The notes beneath the pieces were generated by a model. That model saw nothing but the letters and a program-made list of their open reading frames with translations. It had not been told where the DNA came from and did not search any database. A stretch of 63,157 nucleotides of DNA, filler included. It is 6 parts of 6 records of this genome, joined end to end, with 100 filler letters (N's around TTAATTAATTAA, not from the genome) between each part and the next. Parts side by side here need not be neighbours in the genome. Positions count along the whole stretch, not along the records: positions 44,049 to 49,903 come from DRR378314_709; positions 50,004 to 55,402 come from DRR378314_710; positions 55,503 to 63,157 come from DRR378314_727; 3 more parts are not named here. One strand, written 5' to 3'. Positions 46,291-58,607 of the stretch are shown piece after piece; position 1 is the stretch's first letter; the number at the start of each line of letters is the position of its first letter. A program made the position numbers and the translations under genes.

Positions 46291-47724
46291 GTGGCCAAGC
46301 AACCGATGCTGAAATTTGTGCAGATCGATCGCGTCATGCCTGAAAAGCGTGCCGCCGGTGACCGCAAAGATGACTTTGATGAAATCTATGCCGAATTCGC
46401 TGCCGAAAAAGCAGCCGAGCAGGCAAGCCGGTGCAGTCAATGTGGTGTGCCCTATTGTCAGTCGCACTGCCCGCTGCATAACAACATTCCCGACTGGTTG
46501 CGCCTTACTGCGACAGGTCGTCTGGAAGAGGCCTATCAGACCAGCCAAGCCACTAACACGTTCCCCGAAATCTGTGGCCGTATCTGCCCGCAGGACCGCT
46601 TGTGCGAAGGCAATTGCGTGATCGAACAATCGGGTCACGGCACCGTCACGATTGGCACCATCGAGAAATACATCACGGATACAGCGTGGGACAAAGGCTG
46701 GGTAAAACCAGCCGCCCCCAAGACTGAGCGTGGCGAAAGCGTTGGCATCATCGGTGGTGGCCCCGGCGGTCTGGCCGCGGCAGACATGCTGCGCCGCGCT
46801 GGCATTCAAGTAACTGTCTATGAGCGTTACGACCGCGCAGGTGGTTTGCTGATGTACGGTATTCCGGGCTTTAAACTGGAAAAGGACATTGTTCAGCGCC
46901 GCAATGACCTGTTGGCCGATGGCGGTGTCGAGTTCGTTTTGAATTGCGATGTGGACGCCTCAAAATTCGAAGAGATCCATAGTAAACATGATGCCCTGAT
47001 CATTGCGACAGGCGTTTACAAATCGCGCGACCTTTTGATGCCGGGCAGTGGTCTGGCCGGGATCGAGAAAGCCATTGATTTCCTGACCGCCTCGAACCGC
47101 AAAAGCTTTGGGGATGCCGTCGAAGATTTCGACAACGGTCGCCTGAACGCTGAAGGTAAGAAGGTTGTCGTCATCGGCGGTGGGGACACGGCGATGGACT
47201 GTGTGCGCACCTCAATTCGCCAGGGCGCAACGTCGGTCAAATGTCTGTACCGTCGAGACAGGGCCAATATGCCAGGATCGCAGCGCGAAACCCAGAATGC
47301 CGAAGAAGAGGGCGTCATATTCGAATGGCTCAGCGCGCCCAAAGGCTTCACAGGTGAAGACCACGTGAACGGCGTGATGGTACAGAAGATGCGTTTGGGC
47401 CAGCCTGACGCCACCGGACGGCAGGCCCCAGAGGTTATCGAAGGTGCGGATTATGTGGAGGACGCCGATCTGGTGATCAAAGCACTTGGCTTTGAGCCCG
47501 AAGACCTGCCAACCCTGTTTGGCCAGCCCGACCTGCCTGTGACGCGTTGGGGCACGGTCAAAGCGGCATTTCAAACCGGTGAGACCGAGATGGATGGCGT
47601 TTATGCCATTGGCGACATCGTGCGCGGGGCCTCTTTGGTAGTTTGGGCGATCCGCGATGGCCGTGATTGTGCAGATGCGATCATTGACAGGTTCAACACC
47701 AAGGCGGCTGTCGCAGCCGAGTAA
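46291..47724 (+). CDS. gltD: Glutamate synthase small subunit
   Basis: 'RCSQCGVPYCQSHCP', 'GRICPQDRLCEGNC', 'IGGGPGGL', 'VIGGGDTAMDC', 'GDIVRGASLVVWAIRDGR'. Confidence 0.96.
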   Translation: MAKQPMLKFVQIDRVMPEKRAAGDRKDDFDEIYAEFAAEKAAEQASRCSQCGVPYCQSHCPLHNNIPDWLRLTATGRLEEAYQTSQATNTFPEICGRICPQDRLCEGNCVIEQSGHGTVTIGTIEKYITDTAWDKGWVKPAAPKTERGESVGIIGGGPGGLAAADMLRRAGIQVTVYERYDRAGGLLMYGIPGFKLEKDIVQRRNDLLADGGVEFVLNCDVDASKFEEIHSKHDALIIATGVYKSRDLLMPGSGLAGIEKAIDFLTASNRKSFGDAVEDFDNGRLNAEGKKVVVIGGGDTAMDCVRTSIRQGATSVKCLYRRDRANMPGSQRETQNAEEEGVIFEWLSAPKGFTGEDHVNGVMVQKMRLGQPDATGRQAPEVIEGADYVEDADLVIKALGFEPEDLPTLFGQPDLPVTRWGTVKAAFQTGETEMDGVYAIGDIVRGASLVVWAIRDGRDCADAIIDRFNTKAAVAAE

Positions 47725-47751
47725 CCTAACGCCCAGCGACAGGAGGGTCTG

Positions 47752-48186
47752 ATGCCTGAATTGCAAGGACAATGTATGTGTGGCGCGGTGACGGTAACCG
47801 CGACTCCGGCGCGGGATGCGTTGGGCGCATGTCATTGCGATCAATGCCGACGCTGGACCAGTTCGATGCTGGTGACGTTCGAAGCCGAGCCGGGCTATGC
47901 CGCATTGGGTCCGGTCAAAACCTACATCTCATCCGATTGGGCTGAACGCGCTTTTTGCGCCGAGTGCGGCTCGTCCCTGTGGTACCGGATCACTCTGCCC
48001 GGCGATATGCACGGGCAAACGCAGATGGCTGCCGGGCTGTTCGAAGAAACCGGCAGCGATCTGAAACTTGAACTTTATATCGACAAAAAACCCCAAGGAT
48101 ACGCGTTCACAGGTGAGCGCCGGCAGATGACCAAGGCAGAAGTCGAAGCCATGTATGCCCTGCCCGATGAAGGAGACAGCCAATGA
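47752..48186 (+). CDS. GFA (CENP-V/Mss4-like) family Zn protein
   Basis: 'GQCMCGAV', 'CHCDQCRRW', 'RAFCAECGSSL'. Confidence 0.9.
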   Translation: MPELQGQCMCGAVTVTATPARDALGACHCDQCRRWTSSMLVTFEAEPGYAALGPVKTYISSDWAERAFCAECGSSLWYRITLPGDMHGQTQMAAGLFEETGSDLKLELYIDKKPQGYAFTGERRQMTKAEVEAMYALPDEGDSQ

Positions 48187-49903
48187 CAAAGTATGACGCT
48201 GAATGGGTCCGGGCCGAAGAAGCCAAACGTCAATGGATGAGCCAAAATGGTCTCTATTCCGAGGAAGAAGAGCATTCTTCGTGTGGCGTGGGTCTGGTCG
48301 TTTCGGTTGATGGCAAGAAAAGTCGCAAGGTTGTTGACGCCGGAATCGACGCGCTCAAGGCGATCTGGCACCGGGGTGCTGTTGATGCGGATGGGAAGAC
48401 GGGTGACGGTGCAGGCATCCATGTGCAGATCCCCGTGCCCTTCTTTTATGACCAGATCCGTCGCACCGGGCATGAGCCCAATATGGGCGAGTTGATTGCA
48501 GTTGGTCAGGTCTTTTTGCCGCGTACAGATTTTGGCGCGCAGGAAAGCTGTCGGACCATAGTGGAAACCGAAGTTCTGCGCATGGGTTACTATATCTATG
48601 GTTGGCGCCATGTGCCGGTCGATGTGACCTGCCTGGGCGAAAAGGCCAACGCGACCCGGCCAGAGATCGAGCAGATTTTGATCTCGAACTCAAAAGGCGT
48701 GGATGAAGAAACCTTCGAGCGCGAGCTTTATGTCATTCGTCGTCGTATCGAAAAAGCTGCGGCTGCTGCAGGTATTTCCGGTCTGTATCTGGCGTCACTG
48801 TCGTGTCGTTCGATCATCTACAAAGGCATGATGCTGGCCGAGCAGGTCGCGGTGTTCTACCCCGACCTGATGGATGAACGGTTTGAATCTGCCTTTGCAA
48901 TCTATCATCAGCGGTATTCGACCAACACCTTCCCACAGTGGTGGCTGGCCCAGCCATTCCGAATGTTGGCCCATAACGGCGAGATCAATACGCTTAGAGG
49001 CAACATCAACTGGATGAAGAGCCATGAGATTCGCATGGCCAGTGCAACCTTTGGTGACCACGCAGAAGATATCAAACCGATTATCGCGGGCGGATCGTCC
49101 GATTCTGCCGCATTAGACTCGGTTTTTGAAGTTCTGGTGCGTGCAGGCCGTTCGGCCCCGATGGCCAAAACCATGCTGGTACCTGAAAGCTGGTCCAAGC
49201 AGGCGGTAGAGCTACCACAAGCGTGGCGCGATATGTATTCCTACTGCAATTCGGTGATGGAGCCGTGGGACGGCCCTGCCGCACTGGCGATGACTGATGG
49301 TCGTTGGGTTTGTGCCGGGCTTGACCGAAACGGTTTGCGCCCGATGCGCTATGTGGTGACAGGCGATGGTCTGGTCATCGCAGGGTCCGAGGCCGGGATG
49401 GTTCCGATCGACGAGGCCAGTGTAACTGAAAAAGGCGCCTTGGGGCCTGGTCAGATGCTGGCCGTGGATATGAAGAAGGGTAAGCTGTATCGCGACAAGC
49501 AGATCAAGGACAAACTGGCGCGGGCACTGCCATTTGGAGAATGGGTTGGCAAGATCCATGATCTAGATGACACGCTGGCCGGTGTGACAGAGACTGCGAT
49601 CTATTCGGGTGAAGAATTGCGCAAGCGCCAAATCGCGGCAGGATATACAGTCGAGGAACTTGAACAGATCCTGGCTCCGATGGCGGAAGATGGAAAGGAA
49701 TCGCTGGCATCCATGGGGGATGACACGCCGTCGGCCGTTCTGTCCAAACAATACCGCCCACTTAGCCATTTCTTCCGCCAGAACTTCAGTCAGGTGACGA
49801 ACCCACCCATCGACAGTTTGCGCGAATATCGCGTGATGTCGCTGAAAACACGGTTTGGAAACCTGAAGAACGTGTTGGACGAGGACAGCAGCCAGACCGA
49901 GAT
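48183..49903 (+). CDS. gltB: Glutamate synthase large subunit, 3'-truncated
   Basis: 'HSSCGVG' (GATase-2 Cys), 'HRGAVDADGKTGDGAG', 'HQRYSTNTFP', 'HNGEINT', 'EPWDGPA', 'DRNGLRP', 'QVTNPPID'. Confidence 0.97.
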
Positions 49904-50003
49904 NNNNNNNNNNNNNNNNNNNNNNNNNNNNNNNNNNNNNNNNNNNNTTAATTAATTAANNNNNNNNNNNNNNNNNNNNNNNNNNNNNNNNNNNNNNNNN
50001 NNN
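49904..50003. other. Artificial contig spacer
   Basis: N-run / TTAATTAATTAA / N-run. Confidence 0.99.
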
Positions 50004-53000
50004 GGAAACCTTGATGCACTGGCTGCGGCGGTTCCGTCTGTGGCTACTGCTGTATCGGAGGAGCTGGAAACCGGCGACACTCTGCACGGAAGCGGAGCGC
50101 AGGCCATAGCAAGCGCGCTCACGTCTGCATCAGCGCGAGAGCGCGCTGTGGCTGTACGCCAAATCGCGACAACGCCGGAATCACCTGCTTGGCAAGACAA
50201 GAGCGTTGTCAAGGCACTAGCGCATCTTGTGCAGACCGAGTCGAGCGAGCCCGTCCTCGAAGCACTCGCTGGACTGCAAGAATGCGCGATGCCCCGCCGC
50301 GCTGCGCGTGCCATTGGACATGCTGCTGCGCGCCGTCTCCCCTTGCCACCATCATTGCTGACAGGGGCAAGAGTTGAAAATGGTGCTCTCCATTCATGCA
50401 ACGCATTTACTGTCACTGTCATACATCTTGCGGAAGATTCGGCGGAAGTATGCGCACGATTGGCAGCCCTTTCGCTACCTAGCTCGGAGCTGCCGCGTGC
50501 TGTGCAGCGCGCGGCCCTGGCGCGTGCTCGGAGACTGTGCTTGGAGCGCCTCGGAGCAAGTTCGAGTCTTGAGGAGAAAGACGGCTCGTCGAACACAGCC
50601 TCGGAATGGATGCAAAATGGGTTTGCACTGCCTATCGCGAGTGCTCTCGTGGGAAGCTCCGAGCCGCATGATGCCGTTTCGAGATTCTTGGACTTTCTCT
50701 CAATAGGTGTGGATCGCAGTTCCTGTGATCCCCCGTCGTACATAGCTCGTGTGTTTACTGCGATGGCGTGCCTCAGTTGCGCAGCTGCGCGGTGTTCCAC
50801 GCCTGGCACGCAGTCGGCTACCGCGACGGACGCCAGTGCCAAGTCGAAGCGTGGTCGCCGCGGTGCAGGCAGAGCAGAGGCTACACCACATTCCAGCGCG
50901 CTTGTGTCTATCTCGAATGCTCTTTGGCTTGCTGTCTGTCAGTCTTGGGAGATTGCAGCGCCTGCGTGTGTGAGGCTAGAGGGCCCCAGTTCGATGCCTT
51001 CTGCTGCACGCGCTATCAGGCGATGCGAAGGCGCGCGAGCGCTTGCACATGCCGCGGTAGCAGGCGTTTGCAGCGCCGCTGAGGCGCTGCACGCAGCTCT
51101 GGATTCTGCGCACGAGCAAGGCGCCTCAGCTGTGAGCGTTGGCGAACTTGACGACTGCGTTTGCTCAGGGTTGTCGCAGTTGTTGGGCTTGCCCGGATCC
51201 CTGAATAGCGCGCTTGCAGTGGCAATCGCTGCGCTTGTGCACGCCCCCTGCCGCTCCACCGCTGAGCTCGGCGATGAGTTCCATGTGTCTGCTCGCGTGG
51301 CGGGCGAGAGCGCCGAGCGCAGCTCCTGGCGCGCGGCGGCGGCAGCTCTCACCCTCGCAGCGGCATCGGCTCCTCAGATCTCCCAGGTCTCCCCCGAGGC
51401 TGCCGCTTCGCTGCTCGCATGTGCGCTGGACAGCTCAGAAGTCGTCCGTTCCAGTGCGCTCGCCGCAGTCGCGGCAGTGCCCAGTACGGCACACTTTGCC
51501 CGTGTGGTGCGCGAGCTTGTGCAAGGTGCCGGGTCTTCTGGAAGTGAAGCGGGCGTGCAGACGGCGCTGCCTGCCGACGAAGGCGCGCGGGCTTCGGTGC
51601 TTGCTCGAGCCCTCCGTGCGTCTCGGAAGGATAAAGCAAGCCACGATGTGCTCACGATCATAGCCCAGCCCGCGTTTGCTTCTGCCGCGGCGCAGCGCTG
51701 TGTTGGGATTGCGCTGGGGGCAGCGGACGCGCTAGCGCTCCTTCCGAAGACTGCGGCGCCCTCGATGTTGGCTTCAGCTATTTCGGCGGGATTGGTTGAT
51801 GCGTCGGCGCCCGCCTTGTGCAATGCGTTGACGGCAACGGAAACGTCCGAAGCTGCGTTGTCGCGCCTTGCTTTGCATGCGCCGATTGAGATGCTGGAGC
51901 ATACAGCTGTTGTGGACTGCGTTATTGCGTGCGCTGCTCGCGGAGACGACGCAGAAAAAGTGGCCGCAATTTCGGCGCGAGCAGCGCAGGCGGGAGCGCC
52001 GGCCGTTTCACTCGCCCAAGCGGCCGCGCGCTTCTTCGAGCAAGGACTGGAGACTGCCCGAGGCGTAGACTCACAAGCCATACGAGTTGCCACGGCGGTT
52101 CGCCCGCTGATGAGAGTAGGCGAGGAGAGTGCGGTCCTCCCCCTGCTTCAGACCGTCATTTCTGCGTGTAGAAGAATGCTGCGCGGTGATGGTGGAGAAG
52201 CGCAAGACCGCACATTCTTCGTCGAAGTCCTGCTGCTACTAGCTGTCGACGCTGCACACGCTGTTCGCGATAGCGACGCTGCCGCTGCGGTTCTGCAAGA
52301 AGCTGCATCCGCGGTAGAATCCGACGTTGCGGTTTCTGCCGCAGCGCGCGCCATTGCCGCGTACGCGCATTTGGCGGAATGTTTCCCGGAGAAGCTGGTT
52401 TTCCCTGTCCTGATTTGCTCGCACGCAGCCCAAAGACACACCAATGTGCAAAACGCGTGCACGGCTGCAGCGTGCGCGGCGGCGAAGAGTTTGTGCTCGG
52501 CGCTAGCGAAGAAGGACGCCACCGGTGAGCCTTTGGCCCAGCATAGCACGCCGCGGCAGCAGTCGTCGCGCCGACGGGGAGCAACGTCGTCTACGAGCGA
52601 AAGCGATGTGCCCCTTGCACTTGTGCGTCTTGGGGGCGCCATTCTACACGCTGCAGCAGGGGCGCCTCCGTCGCACAAGGCGGATCTGCTGCAGCCTGTT
52701 CCGTCAGTAGCAGGGTCTGTTGATGTCGTGGCAGCTGCGCCAGTAGCCGTTCCCGTTCTCTGTGACGCTGCAGCACGGTGCGGGCGCGCGCTTGGGCACT
52801 GGCTCGTAGTCGGTGCGATCGATATCGTAGACTCTCCTTCGCAGGCAACGGAGTTTGTCGCTGCGCTGGAAAAGGGCGCGCTTGCGGCGCATATCTCCTC
52901 GGCCCGCCTTTTGGATGCCGCCACCGCCGTTGTTCGGGAAAGGGCACCGTGGCGCGCTAGCAAGTCTGCCACCGTTGCATGCAAAGGCGATCTCGATGCG

Positions 53001-55133
53001 CGCAATCACGATTCTCGTGATACGGCCATCGCTGCTCTTCTTGCCACAGTAGCCCACAGTGCGCTCAACGCCATGCGCCAGAGTAGCAACGGCGCTGAAG
53101 ACAGAGCTAGAAACGTCGGCGATGCGCGCCACGCACTCTGCTCGGCGTTTGCGTTGCGACAGGCGCTGGCACGTCGATGGGCAAGTCCTGGCGCGGCGAG
53201 CGATCGGACTGCTCGGTGCTGTGCGACAGCTGCGGCTGTGGTGGGCGCAGACGATTTGCCCGATGCTGTTCGCTCTGCCATTCAGAGAGCAGACTCGCGC
53301 CGCGGCGCACTCGCGTACCTCAGTGTGGCCCATACGGATGCGTCTGCACGCCGCCGCGAGGCGCTAGCGGAGCTCGTCGATGATATTGCGGCACTCGTGA
53401 CCGTGGACCAAACGTGCGACATCTCTGTAGCCGACCGTTTAGCCGCGCTCGAAGCACTCGGATCGCTTGCGGCGGCCTCTCCTCGCCGTGCGGCGACTGC
53501 AGCGCTGCGCGCATCCGCATCCGTAGCCGAGAGCGCTGTAGTGGTGAGTACCGATACCGACGAAGTCGACAACAGCGCAGGAAGCGGCTCAGAGAGCTCT
53601 TCTGCTGCAGATGCCAGTGCTGACGAGGTCACTACTCCGCTCGGCATTGCGTGCGCTGCTGCCGGAGCCTGCGGTGCCATTGTATCGCAGTGTCCGTTGG
53701 AAATGTGCCTCGCTGCCATTCCAGCCGCGTCCGCTGCCGTAGCATCGTGCTGCGAGGGAGCTCTCAGCCAGCTTGCCAGAGAGCCCAGAAACAGAGACGC
53801 ATCTGATGCCGCTGTCGTGGCGCTCAGCACAGCAGAGGCACTCGTGCGCAATGCAGGAAGCTTGGTTTCCCCGCAGCTTGTGGCATTTCTACGCGCAAGC
53901 GGTGCTGCTGGCCGCGGGGCGGGGCCACAGGAATCCCAAACACGCCACCGCAGCCGAGTCGCTGCAACAGCGCGCCGCCTGGGTGCTGCGCTGGGAATGC
54001 ATGTGCCCCCGCGTCTACTCGTCGATGCAGCGGAAACCGTCTGGCAACAAGCAGCAGCAGGCGCCGACGGCGCGGGAACCCGGGTTGCCGCACTGGACGC
54101 CTATCGCACGTCCGCGGAGCGATTCGGTGTCACAGATATTGCCGCGCGACACCGAGCAATGTTCCGATTCAGCGCGCGCGCAGTTGCCGCTGCGCCGCGG
54201 CCATCTGCTGAACGTGCAGCGGCACTTGCGGCGCTGGAGTCTCTTGTGCTACGTCTCAGCGAAAAGCAGCTGCGACCGCTGCTTGCGCGGTTGGCACGGC
54301 GCGCTGCAGAGGCGCTCGAGGCGAAAGCAGAGGACGCGACTGTGACAGCACTCGCGTGTCTGGATATCAACTCCTCCCTTGCAACTGCGTTGCGCGGTTT
54401 GTTTGCACCGCACTTTGCGTCACTTGTCGATGCGGCCGTCGCTGCGCTGCGTGCCGGCGCCGAGCGGCCGGCAAAGCGGCAGCGACGCGGGCGCAACAGC
54501 TCCGCGCCGGCCCAAGTGTTTGTCTTGCGTTCGGCGGCAGTCCAATCGCTATCAACTGCGCTGAGATTCGATGATAGCGACGATGTCGATGGCGCAGTGA
54601 CACCGGTGCGTTTCGAGTGTCGCGGGGGGTCGCCATTACCTCTGCTCTGCACAGGGCAACGCGCTGTCTGTCGGTGCGCGTTGGGTGACATCGTTCAGTA
54701 GAAACAGCCGTCGGCTTCGCGCAGCGCCTTGCATGCCAAACTCGCTTGCTCAGTGGCTTCTAAGACATTTCCATGGAACGCTTTTGGCAGCAGGATGCTT
54801 TTGCAACATTTTGTACGCCAGCATTCTCTTTTGGTACTTAGTCTGCACTCGGGAGCAGTCCAGAAAGCCACTTGTTTGCGTTCTCGGATGCCTTGCAGTG
54901 TACCCCGTTGCTCTTCGCCCCGACACATTGGCGCTGCTCACTATTTTCATGTCTTTCCCGTATCGTTTATATCCGGTTCGGTGATGTGTCCGTAGGAATT
55001 GTTCGAACGCCTGACCGAGCCGCTCGTGGATGCTCTGGACATGTCGTCGATCGGCGGGCCATCGTTCCGTACCTTTGCGCGCGACGAGTTGGCGCCATGT
55101 GTTGGTCGACTTGCTGCAGCAGGAGGATCGGAC
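50004..55133 (+). CDS. HEATR1: HEATR1/UTP10 (BP28CT domain) nucleolar HEAT-repeat protein, partial at both ends; exons 50004-54605 and 54996-55133
   Basis: Ala-rich HEAT-like helices; 'VPPRLLV', BP28CT-like 'LVLRLSEKQLRPLLARL', 'LATALRGLFAPHF', 'FERLTEPLVDAL...LAPCVGRLAAAGGSD'. Confidence 0.8.
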
Positions 55134-55402
55134 GTACGTTGGTGTTGCGCATCTCAGGTCACTCGCTTGCCGAGCGATGGAGTATTGCCCCCGCACTCCG
55201 GCTCGCGATTCTTGCTGTCTCGAGAGTGTCCTTTCGAGTATGCATTGGTCGAATTCGTCGCACGTGGCACGTGCCTTCTCTGCCTGTGTACATCGATCGA
55301 GGATTCGGCGGTGGGCAACTCGTTGCGTTGGCAGTGTGGATATTGTAGTGAAGGAGCTTGCCACATCCCCTCTGCCCGCGCAATACCGCACTCGTCTCCC
55401 CG

Positions 55403-55502
55403 NNNNNNNNNNNNNNNNNNNNNNNNNNNNNNNNNNNNNNNNNNNNTTAATTAATTAANNNNNNNNNNNNNNNNNNNNNNNNNNNNNNNNNNNNNNNNNN
55501 NN
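55403..55502. other. Artificial contig spacer
   Basis: N-run / TTAATTAATTAA / N-run. Confidence 0.99.
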
Positions 55503-55712
55503 CTGCTTGGTCTGCAGCAGGATGCCGATGCCGAAATCCTCCACCCCGGCGTTGTTCGACGCAAAAGTCAGATCCTTGGCACCCGAGGTCTTGATCGCCT
55601 CAAGCAGCAGTTCCGGTATACCGCACAGGCCAAACCCGCCTGCCGCGATCAACATGCCATCCGAGATCACTCCATCGAGCGCCTCGTTGGCATTGGCATA
55701 GATTTTCTTCAT
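55503..55712 (-). CDS. scoA: 3-oxoacid CoA-transferase subunit A, 3'-truncated
   Basis: 'MKKIY...DGMLIAAGGFGLCGIPELL...SNNAGVEDFGIGILL'. Confidence 0.9.
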
Positions 55713-55804
55713 GGAAAACTCTCCCAATGACGTGGTGTTGGGCCGAGTTGTGCCGCCACGTCATCGGGAAGTCAACGAATCCAAGGCACGGGTGGTATTT
55801 CTAC

Positions 55805-58426
55805 CTAACCCGCCTTTCTGGTGGTCTTCTTGGCGGTGGCTTTCTTCTTGGGGGGCGCCTTTTTCTTTGTGCCTTTTTTGTTCGCGCGTTCATTGACCAG
55901 TTCAATGGCCATTTCTTGCGTCACGTCTTCGGGCTTGATATCTTTTGGGATGGTCGCGTTGACCTTTTCCCATTTCACATATGGCCCATAGCGTCCGTCC
56001 AGAACCTGCATTGCACCACCATCAGGGTGTTCACCCAGTTCTTTCAACGCCTTTGCAGCTGCCCTTCGCCCGCGTCCCGGGTTGGCGCGTTTTTCGGCCA
56101 GAAGTTCAACGGCGCGGTTCATACCGATCTCAAACACGTCGTTAGGGTCTTTGAGGTTGGCATAGACCGGCTTGGCCTCATCGGCCAGCTGATGCATCAG
56201 ATAGGGGCCGAAGCGGCCAAAGTTCGAACTGATCACACCGCCCTCGGGATGCTCACCAATCTGGCGGGGCAGGGACAACAGCGTCAGCGCCTTCTCCAGA
56301 TCCATGTCTTCCTTGCTCCAGCCACGGGGGAGCGAGGCACGCGGGGGCTTCTTGTTTTCTGGCGTGGGTTCGCCACGTTGTACATAAGGTCCGAAACGAC
56401 CGGATTTCAACCAGATCTCATCGCCGGCATCTTCACCCAACAGCCGTTCATCCCCTTCGGCGCCTTCGCCCGCGATGGGACGGGTATAGGTGCACTCGGG
56501 ATAGTTGCCACAGCCTACAAACCCACCGGTGCGCGAGGTCTTCAGATGTAATTGCCCCATACCACATTTCGGGCAGACACGCGGGTCAGAGCCATCTTCG
56601 CGTGGCGGATACAACTGAGGCGCCAATGCTTCGTCCAGCTTGTCCAGCACCTCGGAGATACGCAATTCTGACGTCTCGCCAATAGCAGCCGAGAAATCAC
56701 GCCAGAACTTGCCCAGCAGGTCTTTATAGTCGCGCTCTCCCGCGCTGACATCATCAAGCTCTTCCTCCAGATTGGCGGTAAATTCATAGCCAACGTATTG
56801 CCGGAAGAAATTCAGCAGAAAGATCGTAACGATCCGGCCCTTTTCCTCGGGGATCAGCCGGTTCTTGTCCTTGCGCACATATTCGCGGTCCTGAATCGTC
56901 GTCACGACCGAGGCATAGGTTGATGGGCGTCCGATCCCCAGCTCTTCCATCCGCTTGACCAGCGTGGCCTCTGTATAGCGCGGGGGCGGTTGGGTGTGGT
57001 GCTGCAGCGCCAGAACGGATTCATTTTCAGACAGGACTGCGGCTTTGTCATCGCCGGTCGCTTTGGAATACTGATCACGCAGCGAAGTTTTGGCAAAGCG
57101 TGCAGGGTCTCCCTGCATGATCTGGGGCAGGCGTTTGTCGTCATCATCGACAACATCATCGCGGCCCTCTTCATAGACGCGCATGAAACCGTCGAACAGC
57201 ATCACCTGACCAGTAGCGCGCAGGCCGACCTGGCCGTCATCACTACTGATTTCGACCGTGGTCCGTTCTAGCCGTGCAGCAGCCATCTGACACGCAATGG
57301 TGCGCTTCCAGATCAGATCATACAGCTTGCGCTGGTCTTCATCGGTCACCTTCAGCGCCTTGGCATCGCGCGTCATATCCGTTGGGCGGATACATTCGTG
57401 CGCTTCCTGCGCGTTCTTGGCCTTGTTCTTATATATACGCGGGCTGCTGGGCACGTATTCCTTACCGTACCGATCAGCGATGGTATCGCGCGTGGCTGCC
57501 ACGGCCTCGGGGGCCATGTCGATGCCGTCAGTTCGCATATAGGTAATGTACCCGGCCTCATAGAGCCGTTGCGCCACTTGCATCGCGTGGCGCGCACCCA
57601 TACCGAACTTGCGGCTGGCCTCCTGTTGCAGGGTCGAGGTCATGAAAGGCGCGCTCGGGTTTCGCGCTGCAGGTTTGGCCTCGACCGAGGTGACGCTTAG
57701 TGCACGGCTTGTGATCGCCTGCACGGCCAGCTCGGCCTGCGTGGCGTTGGCCAGATCGTGTTTGTCCAACTTCTTTCCGGCCAAGGTGACCAGACGCGCC
57801 TCATAAGTCTGCCCGCGCGGGGTTTCGAATATTGCTTTGACGGACCAGTATTCGACCGGTTTGAACGCCTCGATCTCCATCTCGCGCTCGACGATCAGGC
57901 GCAGGCAAACCGATTGCACGCGACCTGCGGATTTCGCACCAGGCAGTTTGCGCCACAGAACAGGCGACAGGTTAAATCCTACCAGATAGTCCAGCGCACG
58001 GCGGGCCAGATATGCCTCGACCAACGGCATATCCACCTGGCGCGGGTTCTGCATCGCTTCGGTCACGGCGTCCTTGGTGATCGCATTGAAAGTCACGCGG
58101 CTGACCGGTGTGTCCTTCTTGATCGAGCGGCGCTTGGTCAGCGCCTCCTGCAAGTGCCAACTGATCGCCTCGCCCTCGCGATCAGGGTCAGTCGCGAGGA
58201 TCAGCGCGTTGTCTTCCTTGAGCGCGTCGGCAATGGCTTTGACATGCTTGCGGCTGTCATTGCCAACCTCCCATTTCATCGAGAATTCATGCTCGGGATC
58301 GACCGATCCATCCTTGGGCGGCAGGTCCCGCACATGGCCGTAAGAGGCCAGAACCGTGTAGTTGGGCCCCAGGTATTTGTTGATCGTTTTTGCTTTGGCC
58401 GGAGATTCTACAACAACTACAGGCAT
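55805..58426 (-). CDS. topA: DNA topoisomerase I
   Basis: 'VVESPAKAKTI', 'ATDPDREGE', 'SAGRVQS', catalytic 'ITYMRTD', one Zn ribbon, C-terminal 'GRFGPY' repeats. Confidence 0.98.
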   Translation of the reverse strand: MPVVVVESPAKAKTINKYLGPNYTVLASYGHVRDLPPKDGSVDPEHEFSMKWEVGNDSRKHVKAIADALKEDNALILATDPDREGEAISWHLQEALTKRRSIKKDTPVSRVTFNAITKDAVTEAMQNPRQVDMPLVEAYLARRALDYLVGFNLSPVLWRKLPGAKSAGRVQSVCLRLIVEREMEIEAFKPVEYWSVKAIFETPRGQTYEARLVTLAGKKLDKHDLANATQAELAVQAITSRALSVTSVEAKPAARNPSAPFMTSTLQQEASRKFGMGARHAMQVAQRLYEAGYITYMRTDGIDMAPEAVAATRDTIADRYGKEYVPSSPRIYKNKAKNAQEAHECIRPTDMTRDAKALKVTDEDQRKLYDLIWKRTIACQMAAARLERTTVEISSDDGQVGLRATGQVMLFDGFMRVYEEGRDDVVDDDDKRLPQIMQGDPARFAKTSLRDQYSKATGDDKAAVLSENESVLALQHHTQPPPRYTEATLVKRMEELGIGRPSTYASVVTTIQDREYVRKDKNRLIPEEKGRIVTIFLLNFFRQYVGYEFTANLEEELDDVSAGERDYKDLLGKFWRDFSAAIGETSELRISEVLDKLDEALAPQLYPPREDGSDPRVCPKCGMGQLHLKTSRTGGFVGCGNYPECTYTRPIAGEGAEGDERLLGEDAGDEIWLKSGRFGPYVQRGEPTPENKKPPRASLPRGWSKEDMDLEKALTLLSLPRQIGEHPEGGVISSNFGRFGPYLMHQLADEAKPVYANLKDPNDVFEIGMNRAVELLAEKRANPGRGRRAAAKALKELGEHPDGGAMQVLDGRYGPYVKWEKVNATIPKDIKPEDVTQEMAIELVNERANKKGTKKKAPPKKKATAKKTTRKAG

Positions 58427-58607
58427 TTAAAAGGAATCCTCGCTCGACCAATTTTGCGCTTTGTATGACCGTGCAAAATGTGTGGGGCAAGATCGATTTG
58501 TCAATGCGTTCCTTTTCATTGCCAAATAGAACCGAATTGCGGACCTGTTTTGGCCGTTTACGGCGCACCGTCGGTCCACGCTTTCAATGCGCTTACCGGT
58601 CGAAATA

